NCBI GenBank assembly: GCA_964291295.2
Contig: OZ219754.1
Coordinates: 1,024,001 to 1,088,000, forward strand
Direction of reading: 5' to 3'
Source of the DNA: an uncultured Candidatus Binatia bacterium
GTDB taxonomy: Bacteria > Desulfobacterota > Binatia > UBA9968 > JAJDTQ01
DNA length: 64,000 bases
Shown here: piece after piece, positions 9,927 through 17,846 of the stretch
Numbering within the stretch: position 1 is the first letter of the stretch
Layout: each line of letters opens with the position of its first letter
The notes under the pieces: model-generated
Databases searched by the model: none
Told to the model about the DNA's origin: nothing
Seen by the model: only the letters and a program-made list of their open reading frames with translations
Translations under genes and position numbers: made by a program

Positions 9927-10891
9927 TGATGGCGGTCAACAGGGACAAACCGGACCGGTGGAAACGGGATATCGTGCGGTCAGTGGACATGTACAATGAC
10001 TGGCTCGTGCGATTTGCGCCAAAGGCATACCGGACAACGCGAGTGCGGACCACGAAGGACGTCGAGGCGACACTTGAATCGACCCGGAACCTGACGAATA
10101 TGGGGGTGGAACTGCTGAGGACGAATCCCTCGGTGTTGCCGACATTGCGAATGTCAACCTGTCCGCCCCTGGCTGCGGACCGGCTGATCGGGCTCACGGG
10201 CGTCCCGGGGAATCTGGTCAAGGTAATGGAGAAGCACAACCGGCTTCCTTTGCGGATGGCCGGACGTGAGATCGACAAGGACCTTGAGAAGATCGCGAGG
10301 ACCATCGAAAAGATGGCTGATCCGGATGTCTTTGTCTGGCTGAAGCGCGGGGATGATTCATCCGAACAGGAACTATATCGGGCTGCGACGATTGTGGCGG
10401 ATCGACTGTGCGGTGTCGTTGCCAACCCGATCATCCGCAATGCACAGGAGAAGCGTCAACTGACCGCGATTGGCAACTGGTTGACGGCTCTCGGATACGA
10501 AAACCTGCCGCCGGGCGAAGGCACGAAATACGGCCAGATGCAGCCGGGGACGTATTCGTATCGGCTCAACGTCCCGGTAGAACAGGATGGGACCGCAAAG
10601 AGGGTCAATATTCCTGTGGATGCAGTGGTGATGCCCAAAGCGCCGAAGGCAGGCGAACTGCCGTTGCTGATTGAAGCAAAGTCGGCGGGAGATGTCACAA
10701 ATGTCAACAAACGACGCAAGGAAGAAGCCGCGAAGATGAGCCTGCTGCGACGTACTTATGGTGACGCGGTACGTTACATCCTGTTCCTGTGCGGATACTT
10801 TGACAGTGGCTATCTCGGTTACGAGGCTGCGGAGGGTATCGATTGGGTGTGGGAGCACCGTGTCAACGATCTGGGCGAGTTCGGGTTGTAG
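9926..10891 (+). CDS. type II restriction endonuclease, XamI-like family
   Basis: NPIIRNAQEKRQL and IEAKSAGDVTNVNKRRKEEA motifs; adjacent methyltransferase. Confidence 0.8.
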   Translation: MMAVNRDKPDRWKRDIVRSVDMYNDWLVRFAPKAYRTTRVRTTKDVEATLESTRNLTNMGVELLRTNPSVLPTLRMSTCPPLAADRLIGLTGVPGNLVKVMEKHNRLPLRMAGREIDKDLEKIARTIEKMADPDVFVWLKRGDDSSEQELYRAATIVADRLCGVVANPIIRNAQEKRQLTAIGNWLTALGYENLPPGEGTKYGQMQPGTYSYRLNVPVEQDGTAKRVNIPVDAVVMPKAPKAGELPLLIEAKSAGDVTNVNKRRKEEAAKMSLLRRTYGDAVRYILFLCGYFDSGYLGYEAAEGIDWVWEHRVNDLGEFGL

Positions 10892-12484
10892 ATGATGGAG
10901 AAAGCCGTTGCAGAATTGGAGGCGCGGCGACTGGCCCTGCAGGATCTGCTTGACGGGCAACGGGACTCCTCTGTTCGAAACCGAATGGGGCAATTTGCGA
11001 CACCGACCGGGCTGGCCGTCGATATTCTGCGCTATGCGAGAAAGCACTTTCAAAGGGGCGAGAAAGTGTGGTTCATGGATCCGGCCATGGGAACGGGATC
11101 GTTCTATTCGGCTTTGCTGGCTGTTTTTCCGCGAACTCACATCGGTACGGCCGTGGGATACGAGATCGACCCGCATTATGGAAGGCCGACAGAGAGACTG
11201 TGGGGCAAGACGGGACTGGACATGCACCTTGAGGATTTCACGCGGGCGGAGGCCCCGGTTCCCGCTGAAAGGTTCAATCTGCTGATCTGCAATCCGCCCT
11301 ATGTGCGGCATCACCACATTGCCAATGACGAGAAGCAAAGATTGAAGACGCGCACGCGGAGCGCCTGCGGGGTGTCGATCAGCGGGCTGGCCGGCCTCTA
11401 TTGCCACTTTTTGGGTATCAGTCATGCGTGGATGGCCGACAATGGGCTGGCAGGGTGGTTGATTCCGAGCGAGTTCATGGATGTGAACTACGGTGTCTCT
11501 GTGAAGCATTATCTGCTCGACAAGGTAACGCTTTTGCATATTCATCGCTTCGATCCGAAGGATGTGCAGTTCGGCGACGCGCTTGTGTCGTCGGCCGTTG
11601 TGTGGTTTCGAAACAAGCCCCCTCCTTTGGGTGGAAACGTAAGATTCACTTATGGCGGAACACTGGAACGACCGTCGCTGGAGCGGTTCGTTTCGGTGGA
11701 GGCTTTGCGTCACGATACAAAGTGGACGCGCTATCCGGCAAAAAAATCTCATGAAGCGGCAGACGGACCGGTCCTGGGCGATTTCTTCAGGATCAAGCGG
11801 GGCCTTGCTACCGGCAACAACAGATACTTTATCCTGTCGGAACGGGAAATCGAGTGCCGTGGATTGCCCATTGAGGCATTCAAGCCAATTCTGCCGAGTC
11901 CACGATACGTTCCGGACGACGAGATCATGTGTGATCGTGGTGGCAATCCGGTTCTGGAACGGCGATTGTTTCTGCTCGACCCGCCTTGGGCGGCAGACGA
12001 GATCAGGGAGCAATATCCGAGTCTGTGGGCCTATCTGGAACAGGGCAAGGCGGAGGGCATCGCGGATCGCTATGTCTGCCGCCATCGGGCGACCTGGTAC
12101 ACACAGGAATGCCGCCCGCCCGCACCGTTTGTCTGTACGTATCTCGGGAGGAGCGACAAGAAGAGTGGCAGCCCCTTTCGCTTTATTCTGAACAATTCCA
12201 AGGCAACGGCGGCAAACGTGTATTTGATGCTGTACCCAAGGGAACCATTCGAACGCGCCCTGCGGGGCAGGCCCGAGCTTAAACGGCGAGTGTGGGAGTA
12301 CCTTAACCGGATTTGCCCCAAGGCCATGCTTGGTGAAGGCCGGGTCTACGGGGGCGGGTTGCACAAACTGGAACCGAAGGAACTTGGCAACGTCCCGGCG
12401 GAAGCATTGGCCGGGCTGTTTCCCACACGGGTGCGGCAACGACCGGAGAGGCAGGGCGAGTTGTTCGAAGGATCGATCGCATAG
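10892..12484 (+). CDS. N6-adenine DNA methyltransferase (gamma class), cognate of the XamI-like endonuclease
   Basis: GQFATP, DPAMGTGSF (motif I), ICNPPYVRH (motif IV), GRVYGGGLHKLEPKEL. Confidence 0.88.
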   Translation: MMEKAVAELEARRLALQDLLDGQRDSSVRNRMGQFATPTGLAVDILRYARKHFQRGEKVWFMDPAMGTGSFYSALLAVFPRTHIGTAVGYEIDPHYGRPTERLWGKTGLDMHLEDFTRAEAPVPAERFNLLICNPPYVRHHHIANDEKQRLKTRTRSACGVSISGLAGLYCHFLGISHAWMADNGLAGWLIPSEFMDVNYGVSVKHYLLDKVTLLHIHRFDPKDVQFGDALVSSAVVWFRNKPPPLGGNVRFTYGGTLERPSLERFVSVEALRHDTKWTRYPAKKSHEAADGPVLGDFFRIKRGLATGNNRYFILSEREIECRGLPIEAFKPILPSPRYVPDDEIMCDRGGNPVLERRLFLLDPPWAADEIREQYPSLWAYLEQGKAEGIADRYVCRHRATWYTQECRPPAPFVCTYLGRSDKKSGSPFRFILNNSKATAANVYLMLYPREPFERALRGRPELKRRVWEYLNRICPKAMLGEGRVYGGGLHKLEPKELGNVPAEALAGLFPTRVRQRPERQGELFEGSIA

Positions 12485-12489
12485 GCCGT

Positions 12490-12517
12490 GATGGGCGATT
12501 CCAGATGGGCGATTCCA
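12490..12517. repeat. perfect 14-bp tandem duplication at the right edge of the R-M cassette
   Basis: GATGGGCGATTCCA x2. Confidence 0.85.
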
Positions 12518-12660
12518 CCTTGTGCAGCGAGGGCTTTGTGTGACCCTCTGTCGCCTGACAGACGACTTCGTGTTTGGCGTCGTATGCAACGGAAGGCATC
12601 GCAGGGTTGCCGGGGCTGTCATCGACAGGTGGACGTATTCACATGAACAAAGCTTGATGC

Positions 12661-13173
12661 ATGCCAATACCAGGGTCCCGTGAAGAACTCCTTGATGCCA
12701 TCGAGACCAACTTTGAGCGTCTTGACAAGGAGCTGCGGACAGTGCCTGCGGCAAGAAGCAACGAAGCGACCCTTGAGGGACATGCCAAGGGTACGGTCAT
12801 GAGTGTCCACGATCTGGCGAGCTATCTCCTGGGTTGGAACAGGCTGGTGCTGAAGTGGATTGAAAAGGATGCGGGGGGCGAGCCGGTGGATTTTCCTGAA
12901 ACCGGTTTCAGATGGAACCAGTTCGGCGAGCTTGCGCAAAAGTTCTACGATGATTTCGACGCCGTTCCCTTTGATCGGCTTCTGGATGATCTCGAAGTCA
13001 CAAAACGGGACATCGTCACGTTCATCTCCGGTCAGACCAACCAATGGCTGTACGGTGAACCATGGTACAGGGAATACACCATGGGCCGAATGATCCAACT
13101 CAATACCTCCTCGCCGTACGCGAACGCCCGCAAGCGGCTGCGGCAATGGAAACGGCAGCACGACATCGTGTGA
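12661..13173 (+). CDS. ClbS/DfsB family (DUF1706) four-helix-bundle protein
   Basis: 170 aa; LEGHAKGT, SYLLGW (Tyr55), FPETGFRWN, LAQKFY, GRMIQLNTSSPY resemble E. coli ClbS as recalled. Confidence 0.85.
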   Translation: MPIPGSREELLDAIETNFERLDKELRTVPAARSNEATLEGHAKGTVMSVHDLASYLLGWNRLVLKWIEKDAGGEPVDFPETGFRWNQFGELAQKFYDDFDAVPFDRLLDDLEVTKRDIVTFISGQTNQWLYGEPWYREYTMGRMIQLNTSSPYANARKRLRQWKRQHDIV

Positions 13174-13224
13174 TGGAGGCCGCAGGCGACGGACTGGGAT
13201 CGACAGGCCGCACCACATGACGAT

Positions 13225-14548
13225 TCAGCCCGGCGGCAGCTCCTTGGTGTGAGCGAGACAGGCGGTTGGCTCGGTCGGAAGTTGTCCGGGGGGCTGCTGC
13301 AGACCGGATTCCAGAGTCAGGTGCCCCAGGACGGGCAGAAACCGCTCCTGCATCCAACTGCGCATCTGCTCCCAATCGGACCGCTGCACGGGGTGAAAGC
13401 CGTGGGCGAGGATCGAGTTGTTGCGTCTGAAAAGGAGGTCGCGGAGTTTTTCGCCGTGACCGGTGATCAGTTCCCGTGCCGGTCCTTGGAGTTTCCCTCC
13501 CACGACCTGCCATGCAAACCACAGGCCGAGCTTGATCTTGCCGTCATGGTCCGGGGACGGGGCGACGCTCGCGGGCAACAGCTCACGGGGAAAGTTGGCG
13601 GTGTCGGCATCAGGTCCGAGTCTGGTGAGAAGCTGCCACTGAGCGGTCCATTCGAGCAAGCGATACACGCGGGCGGTCGCGTCATCGAAACGGCCTTGGC
13701 TGGCGCGCCGCTCGGCATTCCGCCAGAGGTCCCACAGGCGGGCCGCTTCACGCCGCTTGTCGCTTTCTTGTGTCAGGTATCTCAAGGCCGGCAACATCGT
13801 CGGCCAGCAGGGCTTAATCCGACTGCCGTAGTCCTTGAGTAAATCGAATGCGCCGGCATGGTCGAAGTCGTCCCAGCGAGCCAGCCCTCGGCTGAGCGCA
13901 CGGGCGAGTCCGAGGCGCTCCCTTCCGGGGGTGTCTGCGGTAATCTGGATAGAGTCCAGCCCTTCCTTCCGCGGCTTCGTGGTATGCGCACCGGCGCCAA
14001 GCGGCGAGATAGGGCCTCATCGCACGCTCCAGGCGCAGGCGAGCCACGCTCGCGGTCATTACCTGCTCTGTTCCGCTCCGCACCCGGACGAGGTCGGCGC
14101 GTGCGCCGGCCACCAGCTGGAGTTCCATGTCGTCCCGCTCCAGGGCTGTGCAGACGAGCGCCGCCGTCATCGTCTTCGTGCCGCCGGAATAGTCGGCGAC
14201 CAGCTGCGCGCCGGGGAACCGCTGGGCCAATTCGTCGGCTGCGCGGCGCATGGCGTCGTACGCTCCGTCGAGATTGTCGGCCGGGACGATGTGGTGCTCG
14301 AAACCGTGGTCGTCGAGACCCGCTTGGGTCGGGATATTCGGCAAGGTGGGGTTCTCGTCGTTGTAGCCGGCCTTGATGACCTTGCCTGTGCCGGTTATCT
14401 GTGTGATGGATCCGGACTTCCCGGTCTCCGGGTCCCGGTTCGTGCAAAAGAAACAGACATGGCGAGGTGCGGCAGTTTTGATCGCCCTGAGGATCGGCTG
14501 ATGCGAGCCGCCTACGGTGCAAAGTAGAACAGGCTTGTCTGTCGTCAT
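13225..14548 (-). pseudogene. CRISPR-associated CARF-HEPN effector (TIGR02710 family), frameshifted by a 4-bp duplication
   Basis: N-terminal CARF (LLCTVGGSHQP; ADYSGGTKTM); removing one GGAA at ~13961-13970 joins the frames (AEGLDS..WDDFDH..NAERRA..RNNSILAHGF) into a 439-aa ORF. Confidence 0.85.
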
Positions 14549-14908
14549 CTACGACTCCTCGTTTGATGCACGTTGAATCATGCGCTCGATCGCGGTCGCG
14601 AGTTCGGGCAAGTCACGTTCAACGACGTTCCAGACGACCTCGGCATCGATCTCCCGATAAGTGTGGGTCAAAACGTTGTGAAATCCCGCTGGCTCGTCCC
14701 ACGGAATATCCGGTTCGGTGGCCTTGAGCGGTGCCCCGAGTCGTTGTATGGACTCCGCAAGGGTCTGGAGGTTGCGCACTACGGCATCCTGTACCAAGTG
14801 CGAACGTTCGAACGTTTCCCACCGATTGTCGGTGTATTCCCGAATACGCTGGACGTACAGCCGGATATGATCCAGCAATATGAGGTCCGACTCGCGATGG
14901 GCCTTCAC
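14549..14908 (-). CDS. HEPN/DUF86 toxin (HepT-like) with altered RX4HXY motif
   Basis: QDAVVRNLQTLAES, PDIPW, FHNVLTHTY; overlaps the MNT stop. Confidence 0.85.
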   Translation of the reverse strand: MKAHRESDLILLDHIRLYVQRIREYTDNRWETFERSHLVQDAVVRNLQTLAESIQRLGAPLKATEPDIPWDEPAGFHNVLTHTYREIDAEVVWNVVERDLPELATAIERMIQRASNEES

Positions 14909-15189
14909 AACGGCTCCGCTTCCCGCAGGATGCGTTCGCGGAGTGCCGGATGCAGAGCGCGTTCTGTCACGACGTCCACTTGGCGCTGCAGGAGTTTCCG
15001 AACATCCATCAGGAGTCCGCCCAGCGCCAGCCCTGTCCTGTCCGGCGGCAGCATCACCAACAGGTCCACATCGCTCGTCTCGTCCGCATCACCCCGGGCC
15101 ATGGAGCCGAACACGCGAACGTTGCGAACGCCGCGTCGCTCAGCCAGTGCGAGAATTTCGGCGCGATGGGCTTCAATGAGCGGGTGCAT
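14905..15189 (-). CDS. minimal nucleotidyltransferase (MNT) antitoxin
   Basis: VRVFGSMARGD..SDVDLLV, VDVVTE..LHP..RERIL. Confidence 0.9.
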   Translation of the reverse strand: MHPLIEAHRAEILALAERRGVRNVRVFGSMARGDADETSDVDLLVMLPPDRTGLALGGLLMDVRKLLQRQVDVVTERALHPALRERILREAEPL

Positions 15190-15330
15190 TCTCAGACCGA
15201 CTCTTTCATCGTGAGTTGCATGACCCACTTCGCTTGCTCGCCTGCGGCGTCATCGTTGCGGCCATGATCCGTCTCGGCATGCGGCACCTTTTTCATGAAC
15301 GAAGGTGCCATTCACGTCGTTTCCCGCGGA

Positions 15331-15474
15331 TCAGGAGACCCGCCAGTTGCGTTCCCATTTCTTTTCGCCCTCGGGAGAGCCCATCATCCGAAAGATCCGT
15401 TTGACCAGATCGGCAGTCTGCAACTGCGGGGCTTCGGGCCTGCCTTCATGCCCCCCGGTTTCACGGAGTTTCAT
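15331..15474 (-). CDS. putative 47-aa small protein overlapping the cmr6 end
   Basis: MKLRETGGHEGRPEAPQLQTADLVKRIFRMMGSPEGEKKWERNWRVS; no recognised family. Confidence 0.3.
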   Translation of the reverse strand: MKLRETGGHEGRPEAPQLQTADLVKRIFRMMGSPEGEKKWERNWRVS

Positions 15475-16528
15475 CCCTTGCTGCCGACCAGGAGTCGTAG
15501 ATGGCCTTGGCTTCGCGCGCTGATCGGCCTAGTGGAATGTCTTCCGACCATCCTTTCTCCTGCCAGCGCCACTGAATGTCGGAGAAGGCCGCACCCTTGA
15601 GTTCGGGGTCTTCGATCGTCTCCCATTCTTTTGCCAGCGCCCTGCCGCGCAGGATGTCATCCTCCGGGGCGTTGTGTGCGTCCTTCAGTCTGGCAATGGT
15701 CGTATCCACCCATACACAGCGCTGTACGGGCGGGGAAACGGGTTGCGCCGAGAAACGCCCGTAGCCGGCTCGGGTTCTGGCTCCGCCGCCGCGTGTGCTC
15801 AGGGCGGAGATCAGTATCTCTTCCGTCAGTGCGAGCCAGTCGGCCGATCCCTCCATCACGAACCGAAATGCGCCGTGCGCCGCGATCTGGGCATTCGGAA
15901 CCGGGCTGTCGCAGTCGGTAGCCGGTTTGGCACCATCCTGACTGTAGTAGTCGGGATGGTGTGTGGTGACGACCTCCGGCACCAGAGGGAAATCCGCCGA
16001 ATCGGGGACCCACCAGGCATCATGGAAAGCAACCAGCCCTGACAGCCCGGACGGCCGCTTCTCGGTGGCGGGAGCGCCGAACAGTTCGCCGCAGACCGCC
16101 GGACCTTTGTCCGTGTCGAATCGTTCGCGCGCATGCGCATGAACGACGCCCTTGACGCTTGAGCCGGGGATATACGGCATCCCGTGGCTGTGGCTGATGA
16201 CGCAGCCGGTCTCAAGCATGCCGCCGCCCGTGAGTCCGATGAACAAGCGGGTTTCGATTGCCAGATGCACGGAGCGAAAACGCGCCGGATCCGTGGTCGC
16301 TCGCCTCCAGCGTGCGTAGGCCCGCCGATAAAAGTCACCCGCGATGCTCCGGCATACCTGGGCAACGTGTCTCGACTTGCTGTCGGCGTCTCCCCCGGAC
16401 TCGACAAGACCTCGTTGGAGCAGCAGCCCCGGATGGGGCTCGCCGACGAGGGAGTCTTTCTCAAGAGAGTCTTTCGCGATCTTGTCGTAAAGGGGACGCA
16501 AAGCGTCGCGCATCAGCGGCACCGTCAT
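15461..16528 (-). CDS. cmr6: type III-B CRISPR RAMP protein Cmr6
   Basis: LETG..HSHGMPYIPGSSVKG, FHDAWWVP, EVVTTHHPDYY, GARTRAGYG. Confidence 0.92.
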   Translation of the reverse strand: MTVPLMRDALRPLYDKIAKDSLEKDSLVGEPHPGLLLQRGLVESGGDADSKSRHVAQVCRSIAGDFYRRAYARWRRATTDPARFRSVHLAIETRLFIGLTGGGMLETGCVISHSHGMPYIPGSSVKGVVHAHARERFDTDKGPAVCGELFGAPATEKRPSGLSGLVAFHDAWWVPDSADFPLVPEVVTTHHPDYYSQDGAKPATDCDSPVPNAQIAAHGAFRFVMEGSADWLALTEEILISALSTRGGGARTRAGYGRFSAQPVSPPVQRCVWVDTTIARLKDAHNAPEDDILRGRALAKEWETIEDPELKGAAFSDIQWRWQEKGWSEDIPLGRSAREAKAIYDSWSAARDETP

Positions 16529-16926
16529 GATGCCTCCTCCCCGCTGTCGTCTCCGGTCGCGTTTACGCGGAGCACGCCCTGCACGTAGCGCTTCAGCCAG
16601 CCGCTCGCTTCCAGGGAACGGCGGGTAAGATGCAGGGTCCGGCGGAGGTCGCTTTCGACGATCATCTCGTGAAGACCTTGACCATCGCCGGCGGTCGTGG
16701 CCCCAGTGGCCCGCAATACCGCGTTCAGATCGTCGAGCAGGGCGCGATGGGCGCCCGTCCCCTTCGCGAGCAGAAAGCCGGTGGCGTGCGCCAGGCCATT
16801 CTCAAGGATCATGCCTGGCAGTCCGTGCGCCAGAGCTCCATATTGCTTCTTTTCCAGGCAATCGCGGCGTGCGGCGATGCACTCGTAAGCCTTTCGGGCG
16901 ATGGCATGGGTGCGGAGCCGGATCAT
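16525..16926 (-). CDS. cmr5: type III-B small subunit Cmr5
   Basis: YGALAHGLPGMILENGLAHA..WLKRY; position between cmr4 and cmr6. Confidence 0.88.
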   Translation of the reverse strand: MIRLRTHAIARKAYECIAARRDCLEKKQYGALAHGLPGMILENGLAHATGFLLAKGTGAHRALLDDLNAVLRATGATTAGDGQGLHEMIVESDLRRTLHLTRRSLEASGWLKRYVQGVLRVNATGDDSGEEAS

Positions 16927-17810
16927 GCCGAAGCCTCCGCGGTGAGGAAGCGAACCAGCCCACGGCCGACGCCGGTCTTGCCGCCGAGCTGCAGCAGCGT
17001 ACCGGAGCCCGGCATTGAAAGCGCGAGCTCATCCGTCGAGCGCATATCGTCACCGTTCCCGGATGCGGAAAGCGCGAACAGTCCCCAGAGGACAGTTTCG
17101 GCGGGGAGATTCTCTTCATACCAGAGCGCACCCTTGTGGACGGTGCCGGTTTCGGGGTCAAGGGCAATACGGGATCGTATCTCGGTGGCGGTCTCGGCAA
17201 GAAAGCTCATGATCTCATCGGGGAGCAGCGCAACGCGGCAAGCCACGTCGTTCCGGTCTTCCACATCGTCAGTGTCGGGATACAGGGCCTTCACGATGAG
17301 CGTTGCCCATTCTTGCAGGAGTGCTCCGTCGTCGCGGGTCCGCAGGTCGAGATCCTCGAGCACGAGCTTCCCGTCGGCACGGTTGACGGACTCTGCCGGC
17401 ACCAGCGCCTCATCCGCGGATGGCTCGGGCGGTATTTGGGGTGCAGAGATGCCCGCGTGTTTCAGGTCGCGCGCGTAACGACGCAGGATGAATGGCGCGG
17501 TCACGTAGCTCACGATGCCGGCCAGGCAGCGCACCGGCAGAAGCAAGAGGTGTGCGTCCCCGATAGCCAGAGATCCGGCGAAGGTGTCCTGATCACCGCT
17601 GATGGACTCGGGGCCGAACAAGGTTCGGGCGGCGGCCGCGTCGCTGTCGGTCACCTGCTGGCGCAGGACGCCGCGCAGCGACGAGCCGGGTACGATGGGA
17701 AGCTTGGTCGCCCGGGCTCGGGCGATGGGCAGATCCACCACGCCGGCAGACTGCCCGGTTCCGCAATGCAGCGCGGAGAGGGCGTGAAGATGAAAGAGCT
17801 TCGGGTGCAT
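16923..17810 (-). CDS. cmr4: type III-B RNA-cleaving backbone Cmr4
   Basis: LHCGTGQSAGVVDLPIAR (catalytic Asp retained), PGSSLRG, GALWYEENLPAET, QLGGKTGVGRG. Confidence 0.95.
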   Translation of the reverse strand: MHPKLFHLHALSALHCGTGQSAGVVDLPIARARATKLPIVPGSSLRGVLRQQVTDSDAAAARTLFGPESISGDQDTFAGSLAIGDAHLLLLPVRCLAGIVSYVTAPFILRRYARDLKHAGISAPQIPPEPSADEALVPAESVNRADGKLVLEDLDLRTRDDGALLQEWATLIVKALYPDTDDVEDRNDVACRVALLPDEIMSFLAETATEIRSRIALDPETGTVHKGALWYEENLPAETVLWGLFALSASGNGDDMRSTDELALSMPGSGTLLQLGGKTGVGRGLVRFLTAEASA

Positions 17811-17846
17811 GGTGCCGTCCTTCCGAAAGTCGGGCCGTGCAATGCG

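Larger units (their letters stand above)
14546..15503. repeat. perfect 14-bp inverted repeat pair (14546-14559 and 15490-15503) bracketing the MNT-HEPN module
   Basis: CATCTACGACTCCT ... AGGAGTCGTAGATG. Confidence 0.85.

Noticed and set aside
10373-12754. 793-aa minus-strand ORF over the R-M genes
   Set aside because: Antisense to motif-supported endonuclease and methyltransferase genes; no recognisable domains.
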